Of a stretch of 64,000 nt of DNA, positions 20,830 to 31,700 are shown one piece after another. The notes below the pieces were generated by a model, which saw nothing but the letters and a program-made list of their open reading frames with translations, did not search any database and was not told the DNA's origin. The first letter of the stretch is position 1; the number at the start of each line of letters is the position of its first letter. Both the position numbers and the translations under genes were made by a program. Origin of the DNA: Candidatus Ozemobacteraceae bacterium (GTDB lineage Bacteria; Muiribacteriota; Ozemobacteria; Ozemobacterales; Ozemobacteraceae); NCBI GenBank assembly GCA_965140445.1, contig OZ223236.1, positions 2,720,001 through 2,784,000 on the forward strand, given 5' to 3'.

Positions 20830-20852
20830 CTGCAGGGGATTATCCCCCGCAG
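20830..20852 (-). other. Intergenic stem-loop between first groEL and second groES
   Basis: CTGCAGGGGA-TTA-TCCCCCGCAG near-perfect inverted repeat. Confidence 0.45.
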
Positions 20853-20865
20853 GAAAAGTTTTTTC

Positions 20866-22524
20866 TTACATCATTCCTGGCATGCCCATGCCGCCCATTC
20901 CTGGCATTCCCATTCCAGCTGGCATTCCGCCACCGGCACCGTTTTCTTCTGGGATATCTGCAACAAGAACTTCTGTGGTCATGAGGATAGAAGCGATTGA
21001 TGAAGCATTCTGCAGAGCTGATCTGGTTACTTTTGCAGGATCAATGATTCCAGCCTGGAACATATCAATGTATTCATTAGTTAACACGTTGTAACCATAA
21101 CCAACTTTGTTTTCCTGTTTGATTTTTTCGATGATAACTGCTGGCTCAAGTCCTGCATTACCAAGGATAAAATGGATTGGTTTCTGAAGAGCTTTGCGAA
21201 CGATTTCAACGCCGATTTTTTCGTCGCCTTCTACTTTAAGATCTTCAAGAGCTGTAAGAGCGTTAAGGAGAGCAACTCCGCCGCCAGCTACAACGCCTTC
21301 TTCAACTGCAGCACGAGTAGCACTGAGAGCGTCTTCAACTCTGGTTTTTCTTTCTTTCATGGCTGTTTCAGTAGCTGCACCAACTTTAATTACTGCAACG
21401 CCGCCTGAAAGCTTGGCAAGTCTTTCCTGGAGTTTTTCTTTATCATATGAGCTTGAGCTTCTATCGATTTCAGCTTTAAGCTGAGCGATTCTTGCTTGGA
21501 TTTCTTCTGCTGTTCCAGCGCCTTCGATAATTGTTGTTCCTTCTTTAGAAATAACAACTTTTTTGGCCTGACCAAGTTGCTCAAGAGTAGCAGTTTCGAG
21601 CTTCATTCCAAGTTCTTCACTGATTTTTGTTCCTCTTGTGAGAACTGCGATATCTTCAAGCATAGCTTTTCTTCTGTCGCCAAAAGCAGGAGCTTTAACA
21701 GCTACACAGTTGAAAGTTCCTCTGAGTTTGTTAACTACGAGAGTTGCAAGTGCTTCACCTTCGATATCTTCAGCAATGATAAGGAGAGGTTTTTTTGATT
21801 GAACGATGCTTTCAAGAACTGGAAGGATATCTTTGATGTTATTAATTTTGCTGTCAGTGATAAGAATGTAAGGATTATCCAAAACGGCTTCCATTCTTTC
21901 TGAATCGGTAACCATATAAGGGCTTACATAACCTTTATCAAATTCCATACCTTCTACGAAATCAAGAGTTGTGTCAAAGCTTTTTGCTTCTTCAACTGTG
22001 ATAACGCCATCTTTTCCAACTTTATCCATGGCTTCGGCAATTACTTTTCCGATTTCAGGATCACGAGCTGAGATGGTAGCAACCTGAGCTACGCTATCTT
22101 TATTGTCATCGATTCTTTTAGACTGTTCTTTGATTTTATCAACAACAGCTTTTACTGCTTTTTCGATACCGCGTTTAATGTAAATAGGTGTTGCACCAGC
22201 GGCAGTATTTTTAAAACCTTCGTGTACGATTGCCTGAGCGAGAACAGTTGCTGTAGTTGTACCATCACCAGCGATGTCGTTGGTTTTGCTTGCAACTTCT
22301 TTTACGAGCTGAGCGCCCATGTTTTCGAAACGGTCTTCAACTTCAATTTCTTTAGCAATCATAACGCCGTCATTAGTAACGGTTGGGCTGCCAAAGCTTT
22401 TGTTCAAGATTGCATAACAACCTTTTGGTCCAAGAGTTGAACGTACTGCATTTGCTACTGTGTCAACGCCTTTTTCAAGTGATCGTCTTGCTTTTTCACC
22501 GTATCTTAGTTGTTTCGCTGCCAT
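20866..22524 (-). CDS. groL: Chaperonin GroEL (first copy, GGM tail)
   Basis: Canonical GroEL motifs plus C-terminal [16 protein letters not shown]. Confidence 0.97.
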   Translation of the reverse strand: MAAKQLRYGEKARRSLEKGVDTVANAVRSTLGPKGCYAILNKSFGSPTVTNDGVMIAKEIEVEDRFENMGAQLVKEVASKTNDIAGDGTTTATVLAQAIVHEGFKNTAAGATPIYIKRGIEKAVKAVVDKIKEQSKRIDDNKDSVAQVATISARDPEIGKVIAEAMDKVGKDGVITVEEAKSFDTTLDFVEGMEFDKGYVSPYMVTDSERMEAVLDNPYILITDSKINNIKDILPVLESIVQSKKPLLIIAEDIEGEALATLVVNKLRGTFNCVAVKAPAFGDRRKAMLEDIAVLTRGTKISEELGMKLETATLEQLGQAKKVVISKEGTTIIEGAGTAEEIQARIAQLKAEIDRSSSSYDKEKLQERLAKLSGGVAVIKVGAATETAMKERKTRVEDALSATRAAVEEGVVAGGGVALLNALTALEDLKVEGDEKIGVEIVRKALQKPIHFILGNAGLEPAVIIEKIKQENKVGYGYNVLTNEYIDMFQAGIIDPAKVTRSALQNASSIASILMTTEVLVADIPEENGAGGGMPAGMGMPGMGGMGMPGMM

Positions 22525-22558
22525 TTATTTTCTCCTTAAATAAGTTATTTTTACTTGA

Positions 22559-22849
22559 TTAATTTTCTACTGCGAGAATGTCTTCTTCTTTCATTATCAG
22601 GTGTTTTTCACCTTCGAATGTAACTTCAGTTCCTGCCCATTCTCCGAATATAACCTTATCGCCTTCTTTAACCTGCATGGGTATTAGATTGCCTTTAGGG
22701 TCAGTGATGCCTTTTCCGACAAAAATAACTTTGCCGCTTTTTGGTCGTGCTTTAGAGGCCGTGTCGGGAATGATTATCCCGAAGCTGGTTTTTGTTTCGG
22801 CTTCTTCTGCTTTAACGATGATTCTATTCCCGGTTGGGATTAGTTTCAT
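22559..22849 (-). CDS. groS: Co-chaperonin GroES (first copy)
   Basis: GIIIPDTA, VKEGDKV, AGTEV, EEDILA; GGAGG SD. Confidence 0.95.
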   Translation of the reverse strand: MKLIPTGNRIIVKAEEAETKTSFGIIIPDTASKARPKSGKVIFVGKGITDPKGNLIPMQVKEGDKVIFGEWAGTEVTFEGEKHLIMKEEDILAVEN

Positions 22850-22879
22850 GACACCCTCCTCAATAGATTTTTTAAGCTG

Positions 22880-22906
22880 TTAGCACTCGTTTGCGTTGAG
22901 TGCTAA
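22880..22906 (-). promoter_or_regulatory. CIRCE element (HrcA operator)
   Basis: Exact TTAGCACTC-N9-GAGTGCTAA upstream of the first groES. Confidence 0.97.
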
Positions 22907-23186
22907 CAGAGCATAATATAAATCAACGGGAAAAACAATAAAAGTTAAAAAATAATTAAATTCACTTAATTGAGCATAAAAAATAACAATTAGTTCCTTT
23001 TAGAATTGAAAATTGCAAAAAAACTCAAAAAATCTTTAAAAACCTTAAAAAAATAATTAATTCGAAACAAATTAGTTTGTTTAAGCGTAGATATTTATAG
23101 GGGATAAAAGTTCTATCTTAGGTTGTCAGTTAATCAGGAAAGTTGGAATTACTTTGCCTTGAATCTCATTGACCAGAAATGCTTCA

Positions 23187-23215
23187 TTGAAAGTTTATCT
23201 TGAGTAGAGTAGAAT
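23187..23215 (+). promoter_or_regulatory. Sigma70-type promoter of the pilin-like operon
   Basis: TTGAAA-N17-TAGAAT. Confidence 0.5.
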
Positions 23216-23269
23216 AGTATGTCTTAAACAGTAGATAGAGCAGAGAGAATATTTGCAGGCCAAAAGAAA

Positions 23270-24091
23270 ATGAGTGAAAAAAAACCAATAAAAATTGATG
23301 TAAGTGATATTAAGTTTCTAATCCTGGGGATCGTTCTTCTTATTGTCCCTATTTTGATTATTTTTTATGTTTCTTCTGGCTCCAAGAGGGGAGGAGCGAT
23401 AAATTCAGCTAAGAGTAGACTTGGAATGAACAAGAAGGCTTTTTCGTTTACACGCGTGCAAAAAGCTAGTTATGGGCAAAAACCAAAGAACGTTGCTGGT
23501 GGTTCCTTTTCATCTAGTGGCAGCTCTGGAAGGCGTGGGCCATCTAAACCTGATGATGAATGGAAGGCCGCTGTTGACCGCATAATGAAAGCAAAAGCTT
23601 ATATTCCGCCTCAGGTTCAGGCATTACCCAAAGAGCAGCGCTGGTATTATGAAGCTGAAATGAATAAAGACATTAGAATGGCAAACGTTTATCTTGCGCA
23701 GGGAAATCTTGCACAGGCGAAAAAGCTTTGTAAGGAGCTTTTGAAAAGTGAGCCCGATAATGTGGTCCTTCGTTTAATGGCTTCAGGAAATCTTTGTGAA
23801 ATATATGAGCGCGAAGGTGATACCAATTCTCTGCGCAAAGAATTCTATAGATATCTTGATTTAATTACAAAGTTAAAGATTGATGGTTTTAAGGTTGATA
23901 ATCTTAAAGTGGGAATCATGTCGATCAGTAAACTTGCCCTTAAAGGGAAGCAAATGACTTCAGATCCCAGAATTAGTGCAAATATTGCTTCTTCTTTAAA
24001 GCAAAGCAATTTGTCTGGGAAAATCAGTGAAAGTGAAGCTGTAGACAATAGTTTAAAATTGTTTAGAAGTTTTCCTGCGGTTGAAGAATGA
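23270..24091 (+). CDS. Membrane-anchored hypothetical protein with TPR-like repeat
   Basis: One N-terminal TM helix; 'MANVYLAQGNLAQAKKLCKELLKSEPDN' TPR-like; stop overlaps next start (ATGA). Confidence 0.6.
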   Translation: MSEKKPIKIDVSDIKFLILGIVLLIVPILIIFYVSSGSKRGGAINSAKSRLGMNKKAFSFTRVQKASYGQKPKNVAGGSFSSSGSSGRRGPSKPDDEWKAAVDRIMKAKAYIPPQVQALPKEQRWYYEAEMNKDIRMANVYLAQGNLAQAKKLCKELLKSEPDNVVLRLMASGNLCEIYEREGDTNSLRKEFYRYLDLITKLKIDGFKVDNLKVGIMSISKLALKGKQMTSDPRISANIASSLKQSNLSGKISESEAVDNSLKLFRSFPAVEE

Positions 24092-26754
24092 GGGGGGCCA
24101 TTGTGAATAAAAAAGGTAACGTTTTTCTTGCAATCATAGGAATTCTTTCTGTATTAGGAATTATGGCTGTTTTTTTTATGAACAGCACTGTTCAGGAAAA
24201 GCATCAAACAGAAAGATCACATGTTTCCACTGAAGCTCAGTGCTTGGCTGAAGCGGCACTTGAAAGAGCTCTGGGTATTTTACAAAAAGAGCTAAATGAA
24301 ACAGAAAAGTTTAAAGATGCCAATCATATTGCTTGCTGGCTTCGCTCTCCGATGAACGTTAAGGGTGCAGCAGGTTTCTCTTCAGGAATTGGCGAAGATC
24401 AGGAGCTTGACTCGGCTGCATATTCCAAAAAGATTGTGTTGAAGAAAGAGGACCTGGAAGCTGGTGATTACGGAAATGACTTGACCAGGCTGGTTGCCTT
24501 TATGGCGGGAGAAAAAGCTACTTTTGAAGTCGAAGTTTCTATTGAACTGGACAAAGCTTTTTCGGTTTCCCCTGATTCGGCTGATGGAGATTATGCTGTT
24601 CCTGGAGTTGATATTCCATGGAATTGCCATTCAGGCGTGAAAGAATTTTTCAGCAATGAAGGCTTTGTTGCTTTGACACTTTCACTGCCACAAAGTTTTG
24701 AATGGCTTTCTTTTAAGATCGATAATATGTTTTTCTCGATTGACGTGGCTGCTCTTCTTGATCAATTTGCAAAATGGTGTGGATTCGATGCAATGTCAGC
24801 TGTGTTGGAGTGGAGAAAAATTGATACTCTACTAAAAAATGTCCTCCCAGATAGTATTTACCCATACGAAATTGATATGGCCAAAGATATTTTTCCAAAT
24901 TTGTCTGATAAAACAGCGCTTTCAATGCCAACAGCTATTGATAAGGATAAGCGAATGGAAAAGTATGGGATGCTAAAAATTGAATCAAAAGGTACCATCA
25001 TTTTTCCTGGTCAAAATAGAGTCACAAAAACAATTTTTGCCACTAAAGAATTTAAGTGCGCTGATGTGGAACCAATTGCGCCAATGTATAGCCTTTTCAT
25101 CGCAAACTTGCATAATGAAAGGCTTGTTTTAAATGATATTGGCGGAGATTTAACTGTAAATAATTTCCGAAGCTTCAGCTCAATTACCTCTGATCCAGCA
25201 GACCCGGAAAAAAGAGAATTTCCTGGACTGGTGAGAGTTAATGGAACAAGCGACATGCCTGTAAATGTTGCTTTTATTGGTAATCCGGCTGGGCCTAAGA
25301 ACTATGAAAATGATTCCGGAATAAAAAGGACTGCGCGAGGAGCTGAATGGCTCTTGATCCTAAGCTCTGGCGTTAAAGGCGTAGGAAAAACTAAGGAATT
25401 TCAGAAAAATTTTACTACCAAACCAATAGCATATGTTCCCCCAAACACCTCGGTTCCTCCAAGTGCTCAGGGTGCTCCTTCTGGTGGTTCCTCTGCGCCT
25501 CCTCCGACTCCAGACGGTCCTCCGCAGGCAAATCCCAATGATTCAACTCAACCATCTGATTCAAATGATGGTAAAGCTTCTATGAAAGATAAGCTTAACA
25601 GCATAATGAATGTTGCTAAGATTAACATTATTCCTAACAAATTAGACTTTGGTGTGAGTCCTTTCGAAATGCCGTTGCATTTTATGGCTGATAACTTTTC
25701 AATTGGGGGACTTCGCTTTAAGGATCCTATGGTGAAATGGGAATGGCCAATGATGGGGATGGGCTGGAGTCAGCTGCGCGTTCCTTTCCCAACTCCAGCA
25801 CGAACAGTAACTCACTTTTTTGGTGATTCTGCTTTGTTTCCAACCCTTACAAGAGAAGTTGAAGGCTTCGTCCTTAAGTGCTATCGCCAGTGGCACTTCT
25901 GTTTGTTGGGTTTTCCAATGGGTCCAATTCCACTAGGGAATCAGGTTCCTGCTCCTTTTCCTCCGCCATTCTCTCTCTTACCACCTTTCCCAACGCCTTA
26001 CTGGCATACTCATGATATTCAGGATAAATACGGCTATAATTTTGGGGCTTTAAAATCACCCAAAAATAATGCAGGTGTGGTAGACGAGGAGACGAACGTT
26101 TATGACCCAAGCTTTTTTGAAAACAGCCCTCCAAATCTATATTCCTCAGAACAGTATGTAAAAAAATCGGCTTATTATTATCCAACGGCCAATGATTTTT
26201 ATGATGATATTCTTAATAGAGCTAAAGATGTAAACGGGAAAAAGTGTTTAAACTTAAATGGGTTTACATATGTCGCTGATTCCATTATTCTTCCACCTCC
26301 TGTTGCTATTGACGGGATGAGTTCGGATGTTTTTTATGTAACAGGACGAGGCGGCATTGTTTGCGGCGGAAATGTTATTTTAAAAGGAAATGTGGAAGAC
26401 CCATATTCAGACACCGAAGAAAGAGCTGCCAACACCCCAAGAACCGTATTCTCGTTAATTGTAAGAAGCGGCGGGGTTATTTTGGATGATGGACCTGAGA
26501 ATATTAAGCTTGAAGGTTCATTATTTACCGATAAAGGAATGGCCATTCCTGGTGGCAAATCTCTAAATGTTGTAGGAAACTGGGTAACCAATGCTTTCAG
26601 TAAAATTGCAATACAAGGGGATTTGAGAATCGATCATGTGGGGTATAAAACAAGAAATTCAATGACTTCTATCAACCCTGATTATGGTGTTTATGATCCT
26701 GAAAGATATGTTGTATCTCTTGCTCCTGGTTACTCAAGTATAAGGATTAAGTAG
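24088..26754 (+). CDS. Very large PilX/GspK-like minor pilin-type protein
   Basis: KKG|NVFLAIIGILSVLGIMAV leader without Glu5, then 'AQCLAEAALE' as in PilX N-termini; Pro-rich internal stretch; alternative start GTG 24103. Confidence 0.6.
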   Translation: MRGAIVNKKGNVFLAIIGILSVLGIMAVFFMNSTVQEKHQTERSHVSTEAQCLAEAALERALGILQKELNETEKFKDANHIACWLRSPMNVKGAAGFSSGIGEDQELDSAAYSKKIVLKKEDLEAGDYGNDLTRLVAFMAGEKATFEVEVSIELDKAFSVSPDSADGDYAVPGVDIPWNCHSGVKEFFSNEGFVALTLSLPQSFEWLSFKIDNMFFSIDVAALLDQFAKWCGFDAMSAVLEWRKIDTLLKNVLPDSIYPYEIDMAKDIFPNLSDKTALSMPTAIDKDKRMEKYGMLKIESKGTIIFPGQNRVTKTIFATKEFKCADVEPIAPMYSLFIANLHNERLVLNDIGGDLTVNNFRSFSSITSDPADPEKREFPGLVRVNGTSDMPVNVAFIGNPAGPKNYENDSGIKRTARGAEWLLILSSGVKGVGKTKEFQKNFTTKPIAYVPPNTSVPPSAQGAPSGGSSAPPPTPDGPPQANPNDSTQPSDSNDGKASMKDKLNSIMNVAKINIIPNKLDFGVSPFEMPLHFMADNFSIGGLRFKDPMVKWEWPMMGMGWSQLRVPFPTPARTVTHFFGDSALFPTLTREVEGFVLKCYRQWHFCLLGFPMGPIPLGNQVPAPFPPPFSLLPPFPTPYWHTHDIQDKYGYNFGALKSPKNNAGVVDEETNVYDPSFFENSPPNLYSSEQYVKKSAYYYPTANDFYDDILNRAKDVNGKKCLNLNGFTYVADSIILPPPVAIDGMSSDVFYVTGRGGIVCGGNVILKGNVEDPYSDTEERAANTPRTVFSLIVRSGGVILDDGPENIKLEGSLFTDKGMAIPGGKSLNVVGNWVTNAFSKIAIQGDLRIDHVGYKTRNSMTSINPDYGVYDPERYVVSLAPGYSSIRIK

Positions 26755-26755
26755 A

Positions 26756-27235
26756 ATGAAAATCAGATCAAAAAGTGGTTTAACAATGCTTGAAATAGTT
26801 ATTGGACTATTTGTTGTTGCAGTAGCTTTCATACCATTATTTAGAGTGATGCAATTTGGCGGAAAGTCTACGGTAAAGATAAATAACTACTCAAAAGTTG
26901 CAAGATTGGCTCAAAAGCTGATTGAAGAGTGCAAACATGTGCCTTTTAAAGTTTATCTGCAGGATTACGGCGAGATGGCCGCGGCTGATACTTTTGTAGT
27001 GAATCAGAACTACTATCCAAAAACTCTTGAAGCGATTGAGGCATTTAGAAGTGAAGTTAAGTCATTAAATATCGAAACGCAAATTTCGGTAAAGAAGACT
27101 CCTGATAATAGGGTTAGCGAAGTTTGGATTCAAGTGAAAGCTACCTGGAAAGAAGGCGACGGCAGCACTCAGGGTGATAAGGTGCGCGAGATTAGACTTG
27201 GGAATGCTATCGTAAATCCAGATTGTTATATGTAG
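26756..27235 (+). CDS. Prepilin-type N-terminal cleavage/methylation protein (PilV/GspI-like)
   Basis: KSG|LTMLEIVIGLFVV class III signal with Glu5. Confidence 0.8.
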   Translation: MKIRSKSGLTMLEIVIGLFVVAVAFIPLFRVMQFGGKSTVKINNYSKVARLAQKLIEECKHVPFKVYLQDYGEMAAADTFVVNQNYYPKTLEAIEAFRSEVKSLNIETQISVKKTPDNRVSEVWIQVKATWKEGDGSTQGDKVREIRLGNAIVNPDCYM

Positions 27236-27249
27236 GCAAGGGGGAAAAT

Positions 27250-28710
27250 ATGCGCAGATCAAGATACGCAATGACTTTAATTGAGGTTATGGTTGGTGTC
27301 TTTCTTTCAAGTCTGGTTTTGGGGGCAGGATACCAGATTTTTAATACATCTCAGCGGAAGATGTCTAAAGCCGCTACTCGTCAATCTCTTGCCAACGAAA
27401 TCCGCAATAGTATAAAGGTCCTTGCACAGGATATTAAAGCAATAAAAATGGATAGCCTTGTGGTAACTCCCTCTGCATCTGGCAATTCAGCTAAAATTGA
27501 ATTTAAGCGCTATCAGGTTTTTGAAGGGGCTGACGAAAGCCAGTTGGCTTTTGATCGGGTAAATGAAGTAACCTATGAATTTAATAAGCCTTTTCTAGTA
27601 AGAAAAGTTACTGGAGGAAAGACTAGAACTCTAGCTAAAAATGTTGAATCTCTATCTTTTTCACGCTTGGAAGAGGCACCTGAAAGAGTTCCTGGAAGTC
27701 CAGTCAGCTATGATGAAGGCTGGAAAGCAAGAATGGATATTGAACTTTCTGGAACCAGAAATATTCCTGGAAGTAAAGAGGTGGCAAGCCATACAGAGCG
27801 TGTTTCTGTTTTTATGCTTGAAGAGTATTACAAACTAATCAACAAGGGAAGATATCTTTCAATTTCTCAGCTGGTTAAAGATGATGGCGCAAAGATAGAT
27901 GCAGAAGAATTTTCACTGGATTCAATGTTTTCAACTGATCTGGATCCGGATGAGCTTGCAAAGCTAACTGAAGAGCAGTTAAGAAATCTAAAAGATAAGG
28001 AAGACGCTGGGCTAACCGAAGCAAATACAAGGCTGGATGAAATTGATGAATTAATGGGCGCGGTTGACGCTAGCGGAGATAGAACCTGGTATACCCTTTG
28101 GATTGGCAAAGAAAGCACCCCGGTTTCCAAAATTCAGGATGATTTAAAGAAACATAATAAAGTTGAAGACCTGGAAAAAGATTTGACGGCGTTAGAAAAA
28201 ATTATTGGCGATTATGAAGAAGAAAATATGAGAGAATCATTTTCTGGAGTAAATCTTGATGGAATAAGTAAAGATAGCCAGGAATATAAAGACCTTCAGG
28301 AAGCATACGATACAATGATCAGAGATCGAACCATGAGAAGAGCTCATGAGCTTGGTCAGGAAGACCTGCCTGACGATCAGAAAACAGAGTATGTCAGTGT
28401 TATCGACACTTTCAATCCGGCTTCGTTGTCTCAAGGACAGACTACTGATGCCGATGGTAATTCCGTAAGTTTTGAAGAATCAAATGAAGAGTTTCAAGCC
28501 AGACGCGAAAAGGCTCAAACTCTTTATGAGAATACCCAAAAAGTAAACCTTGGTTGGATGGATGCAAAAGAAGGTGAAGATAGGGTTAAGCTATATAGCG
28601 CGGCAAAGGACTTAAAAGACTTTGCAGAAAGTAAAATAAACTATACAAAATCTAAGAACTCTCACGAAAAAAACATCGGCCTTATTGACGATGCCTTGGA
28701 TAAGGTCTAA
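27250..28710 (+). CDS. Prepilin-type protein (PilW/GspJ-like) with long acidic helical C-terminus
   Basis: MRRSRYA|MTLIEVMVGVFL with Glu5; 'QDIK' motif after the helix; ATG 27250. Confidence 0.75.
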   Translation: MRRSRYAMTLIEVMVGVFLSSLVLGAGYQIFNTSQRKMSKAATRQSLANEIRNSIKVLAQDIKAIKMDSLVVTPSASGNSAKIEFKRYQVFEGADESQLAFDRVNEVTYEFNKPFLVRKVTGGKTRTLAKNVESLSFSRLEEAPERVPGSPVSYDEGWKARMDIELSGTRNIPGSKEVASHTERVSVFMLEEYYKLINKGRYLSISQLVKDDGAKIDAEEFSLDSMFSTDLDPDELAKLTEEQLRNLKDKEDAGLTEANTRLDEIDELMGAVDASGDRTWYTLWIGKESTPVSKIQDDLKKHNKVEDLEKDLTALEKIIGDYEEENMRESFSGVNLDGISKDSQEYKDLQEAYDTMIRDRTMRRAHELGQEDLPDDQKTEYVSVIDTFNPASLSQGQTTDADGNSVSFEESNEEFQARREKAQTLYENTQKVNLGWMDAKEGEDRVKLYSAAKDLKDFAESKINYTKSKNSHEKNIGLIDDALDKV

Positions 28711-28734
28711 TAAAAATTTCTGGTTTATGAGTTA

Positions 28735-31700
28735 ATGCAAAAAACACTACACTTTTTTAAGATATTTTTTTATTTTTTGGCTTTTGCAATCTTTGCAATT
28801 GGCTGTGGGTCGGGCGATGGCGGAATCGACGACTGGACAACTCCTGCTCCGGTTACAGTGGTTTCAAACATTCAGGGAAAAGTTGCATTGCCTGTTTCTG
28901 GCTCAGTAAGAGACAACTTGCAATTAATGAATTCTGTTCAGGGCACCAAGGTTTTTTTAGAAGAAAAACCTGAATTTTATGCAACTGCTGATTCCTCAGG
29001 CAACTTTATAATTAATAAAGTTCCGGTTGGCAAATATCATCTCATTGCAGACATAGTAGTTGGTCCAACAACCTACCGTCAAAGAACAGACCAGGTAAAT
29101 TTGACTGGCGAATTTGAAACTCAAACGATTGGCACGCCCATGCAGCTTGTTTCAGCTCCTTATAAAGTGAAGCTTTATGTTAAAAACAATGCTAATGGCA
29201 ACCCGATACCAGGAGCCAGCTTAAAGGTTTGGGGGCACAAATACTTTACTAGAGCTGATGGCGCAGTAGAGATTGGGCCAATGCCAGATGGAGTATGGCC
29301 TGTTAAACTTGAGGCGATTGGCTATATTAGCTCTAGTTTATTAATCGGATTTAAGGAGTTAAGAAAGTCAGAACTTGAGATAAAAGTTACTCCTTTGGGT
29401 TCTGCAGACAGAAATCAGGCTCCAACAATAGAGATTGAACAGGGATTTAAGACAATAAAGGCTAATGAGCAGGGAAGTCTTTCCGCGTTTGGTTTTGACC
29501 CGGATGGAGATTTAATAACCTATACCTGGTCCGCAACAGCTGGAACCTTCCAGCAAAATAGCGGAGCATCAAATGTGTATCAGGCACCAAACGCCTCTGG
29601 AAGCGTGAAAATTACTTTGAAAGGTTCCGATGGAAAGGGTGGAGAAGGGGTTTCAATTTTAACTTTGGATGTTATAGACGGCGGACTTCTTCCACCAAAT
29701 CCAAATAATAAGCCGCCTTTGGCCCCATCGAATCCATTCCCAGCCAACTCTGTTGCCAGTATGGGCACAGACATTACTTTGCGTTGGACCTGTAGCGATC
29801 CTGATGGGGATAACCTTACTTATGATGTTTTTCTTGCCGCTAGAGGACAGGAAATGCAGCTGGTGGCTTCCAATATCAGTAATAATTACTATCGCGTGCC
29901 CCAACTTACTGTTAACACTACCTATTTCTGGAAAATTATAGCTCGAGATACTTATGGAGCCATTTCTAATGCTGCTCAAACGTGGCAATTTGAAACCGGG
30001 GATCAGGATAACTTCTCGCCATATGCACCCGCAAATCCGGTCCCTCCAGATTTATCGGTAGATCAATTGCCAACTTTGGTATTTGCCTGGACAGGAGGAG
30101 ACCCCGATTCCCAGGATATAGTAAACTACACTGTTTATCTTGGCTCTGATTCAAATGTTCTTAATATTGCTACTAATACAAGAAAAACGACTTATGCCGC
30201 AGAAGGTCTAACTCTAGGTCGTACATACTATTGGAAAATTGTGGCTTCAGATGATAGAGGTAAAGAAACTTCAAGTCCACTGTGGCGGTTTAGTACTTAT
30301 TCTCCACCTAATAGTCCACCTGATAATCCTTCCGCTCTTTATCCTGCCAGCGGAGCAACTGATGTCTCGATAGATGTTCAGGTTCGTTGGACTAGCTCTG
30401 ATCCTGATGGTGATAGTATTACTTATGACCTGTTTCTGGGAAAAACCTTTCCTTTAGCCAAAGTGGGGACAGGATTAAATGCACCAACTTATAACCCTTC
30501 GCCTTATTTTGAAAATTCAACCAGATATTTTTGGCAGGTAATTGCCAGGGATTCTTCTGGAAGAACAAATCAGGATTCAGTCGTATGGTCATTCATTACA
30601 TCAGATAAAGTAAATCTTGCTCCAAATGTGCCTTCGGCTATTAATCCGCCAGATAACTCTGCAAACATTAATCTTCAAACAGTCTTTCAATGGGAAGGAA
30701 GTGATCCTGATGGAGATCAGGTTCTTTTCGATATTTATCTGGATACTGTTTCCCCTCCGACGACCTTAAAAGCTTCAAACCTTTCGGAAAAGCGCTGGGC
30801 AAATCCTGTTAATCTAACTGAGGGAGCGAGGTATTTCTGGAAAGTTGTCGCAAAAGACTCCGCCGGGCATGAGACTTCTTCTCCAGTATTCAGCTTTTAT
30901 GCTTTGGCCAGCTCTGATTTACTGCCGCCAAAAGTTTTGAGCATTTTTCCTGAAAACAATGCCATGGAGTTACCAACCAATACCGAAGTTAAGGTTACAT
31001 TTAATGAGGCGGTTGATCAAAATACAGCTTCAGCTGCTTTATCTTTTATACCATCTGAGTCAGGCACCTGGACCTGGGAGAATTCAACGACTGTTAAGTT
31101 TTGGCCAACTACAACCTGGATTCCTGGTAGCTACCACAGGCTAATTATTGCTTCAAATACTGTTAGAGATTTAAGTAATAATGTTATGACAAATGGAATG
31201 GATTATAGTTTTACGATTAAGCCGGAGCTTCCGTTGCCAAACGGTTATCGTTCTGCGGGATTTCCATACGCATTTACCTCTGGGCAAAGCCCATCTGTAA
31301 GTATCCCAGGAATACCTCTTGGGCAAGAGTTAACAGCAGTTGCTGTTGCTACAGAAAATTCGCTTAATTTAACAATTAAAGCCAATTCACTATTAGATAT
31401 TAAAAAACTTGATCCAGCCTCAGCGTTCAGGGAATTTGAAAAGAATCTCAACAGTAAAAAGCTGCCGGATATTATGAAAAATAGTGCTCTTAGGGCGCAG
31501 ATATTGCCAAATTTTTCCAAACAGCTTGGAGATGAAAGAGAATTTTACATTCCCGCCTATGGTGGAGTTGCAACCTCAACTGCCTACCCAAAAAATAAGA
31601 TTACTGCGGTTTGCTTAGGCCTAACTGACAACGTCTATATTTTTGTGGACAAGGCTATTACCAATCCGGACTATACATTTTTATCTGAAGTAAGAAAGCG

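Noticed and set aside
15198..22883. Many short antisense and alternate-frame ORFs over dnaK, groEL and groES
   Set aside because: Shadow ORFs typical of highly biased genes; no SD or recognisable motif
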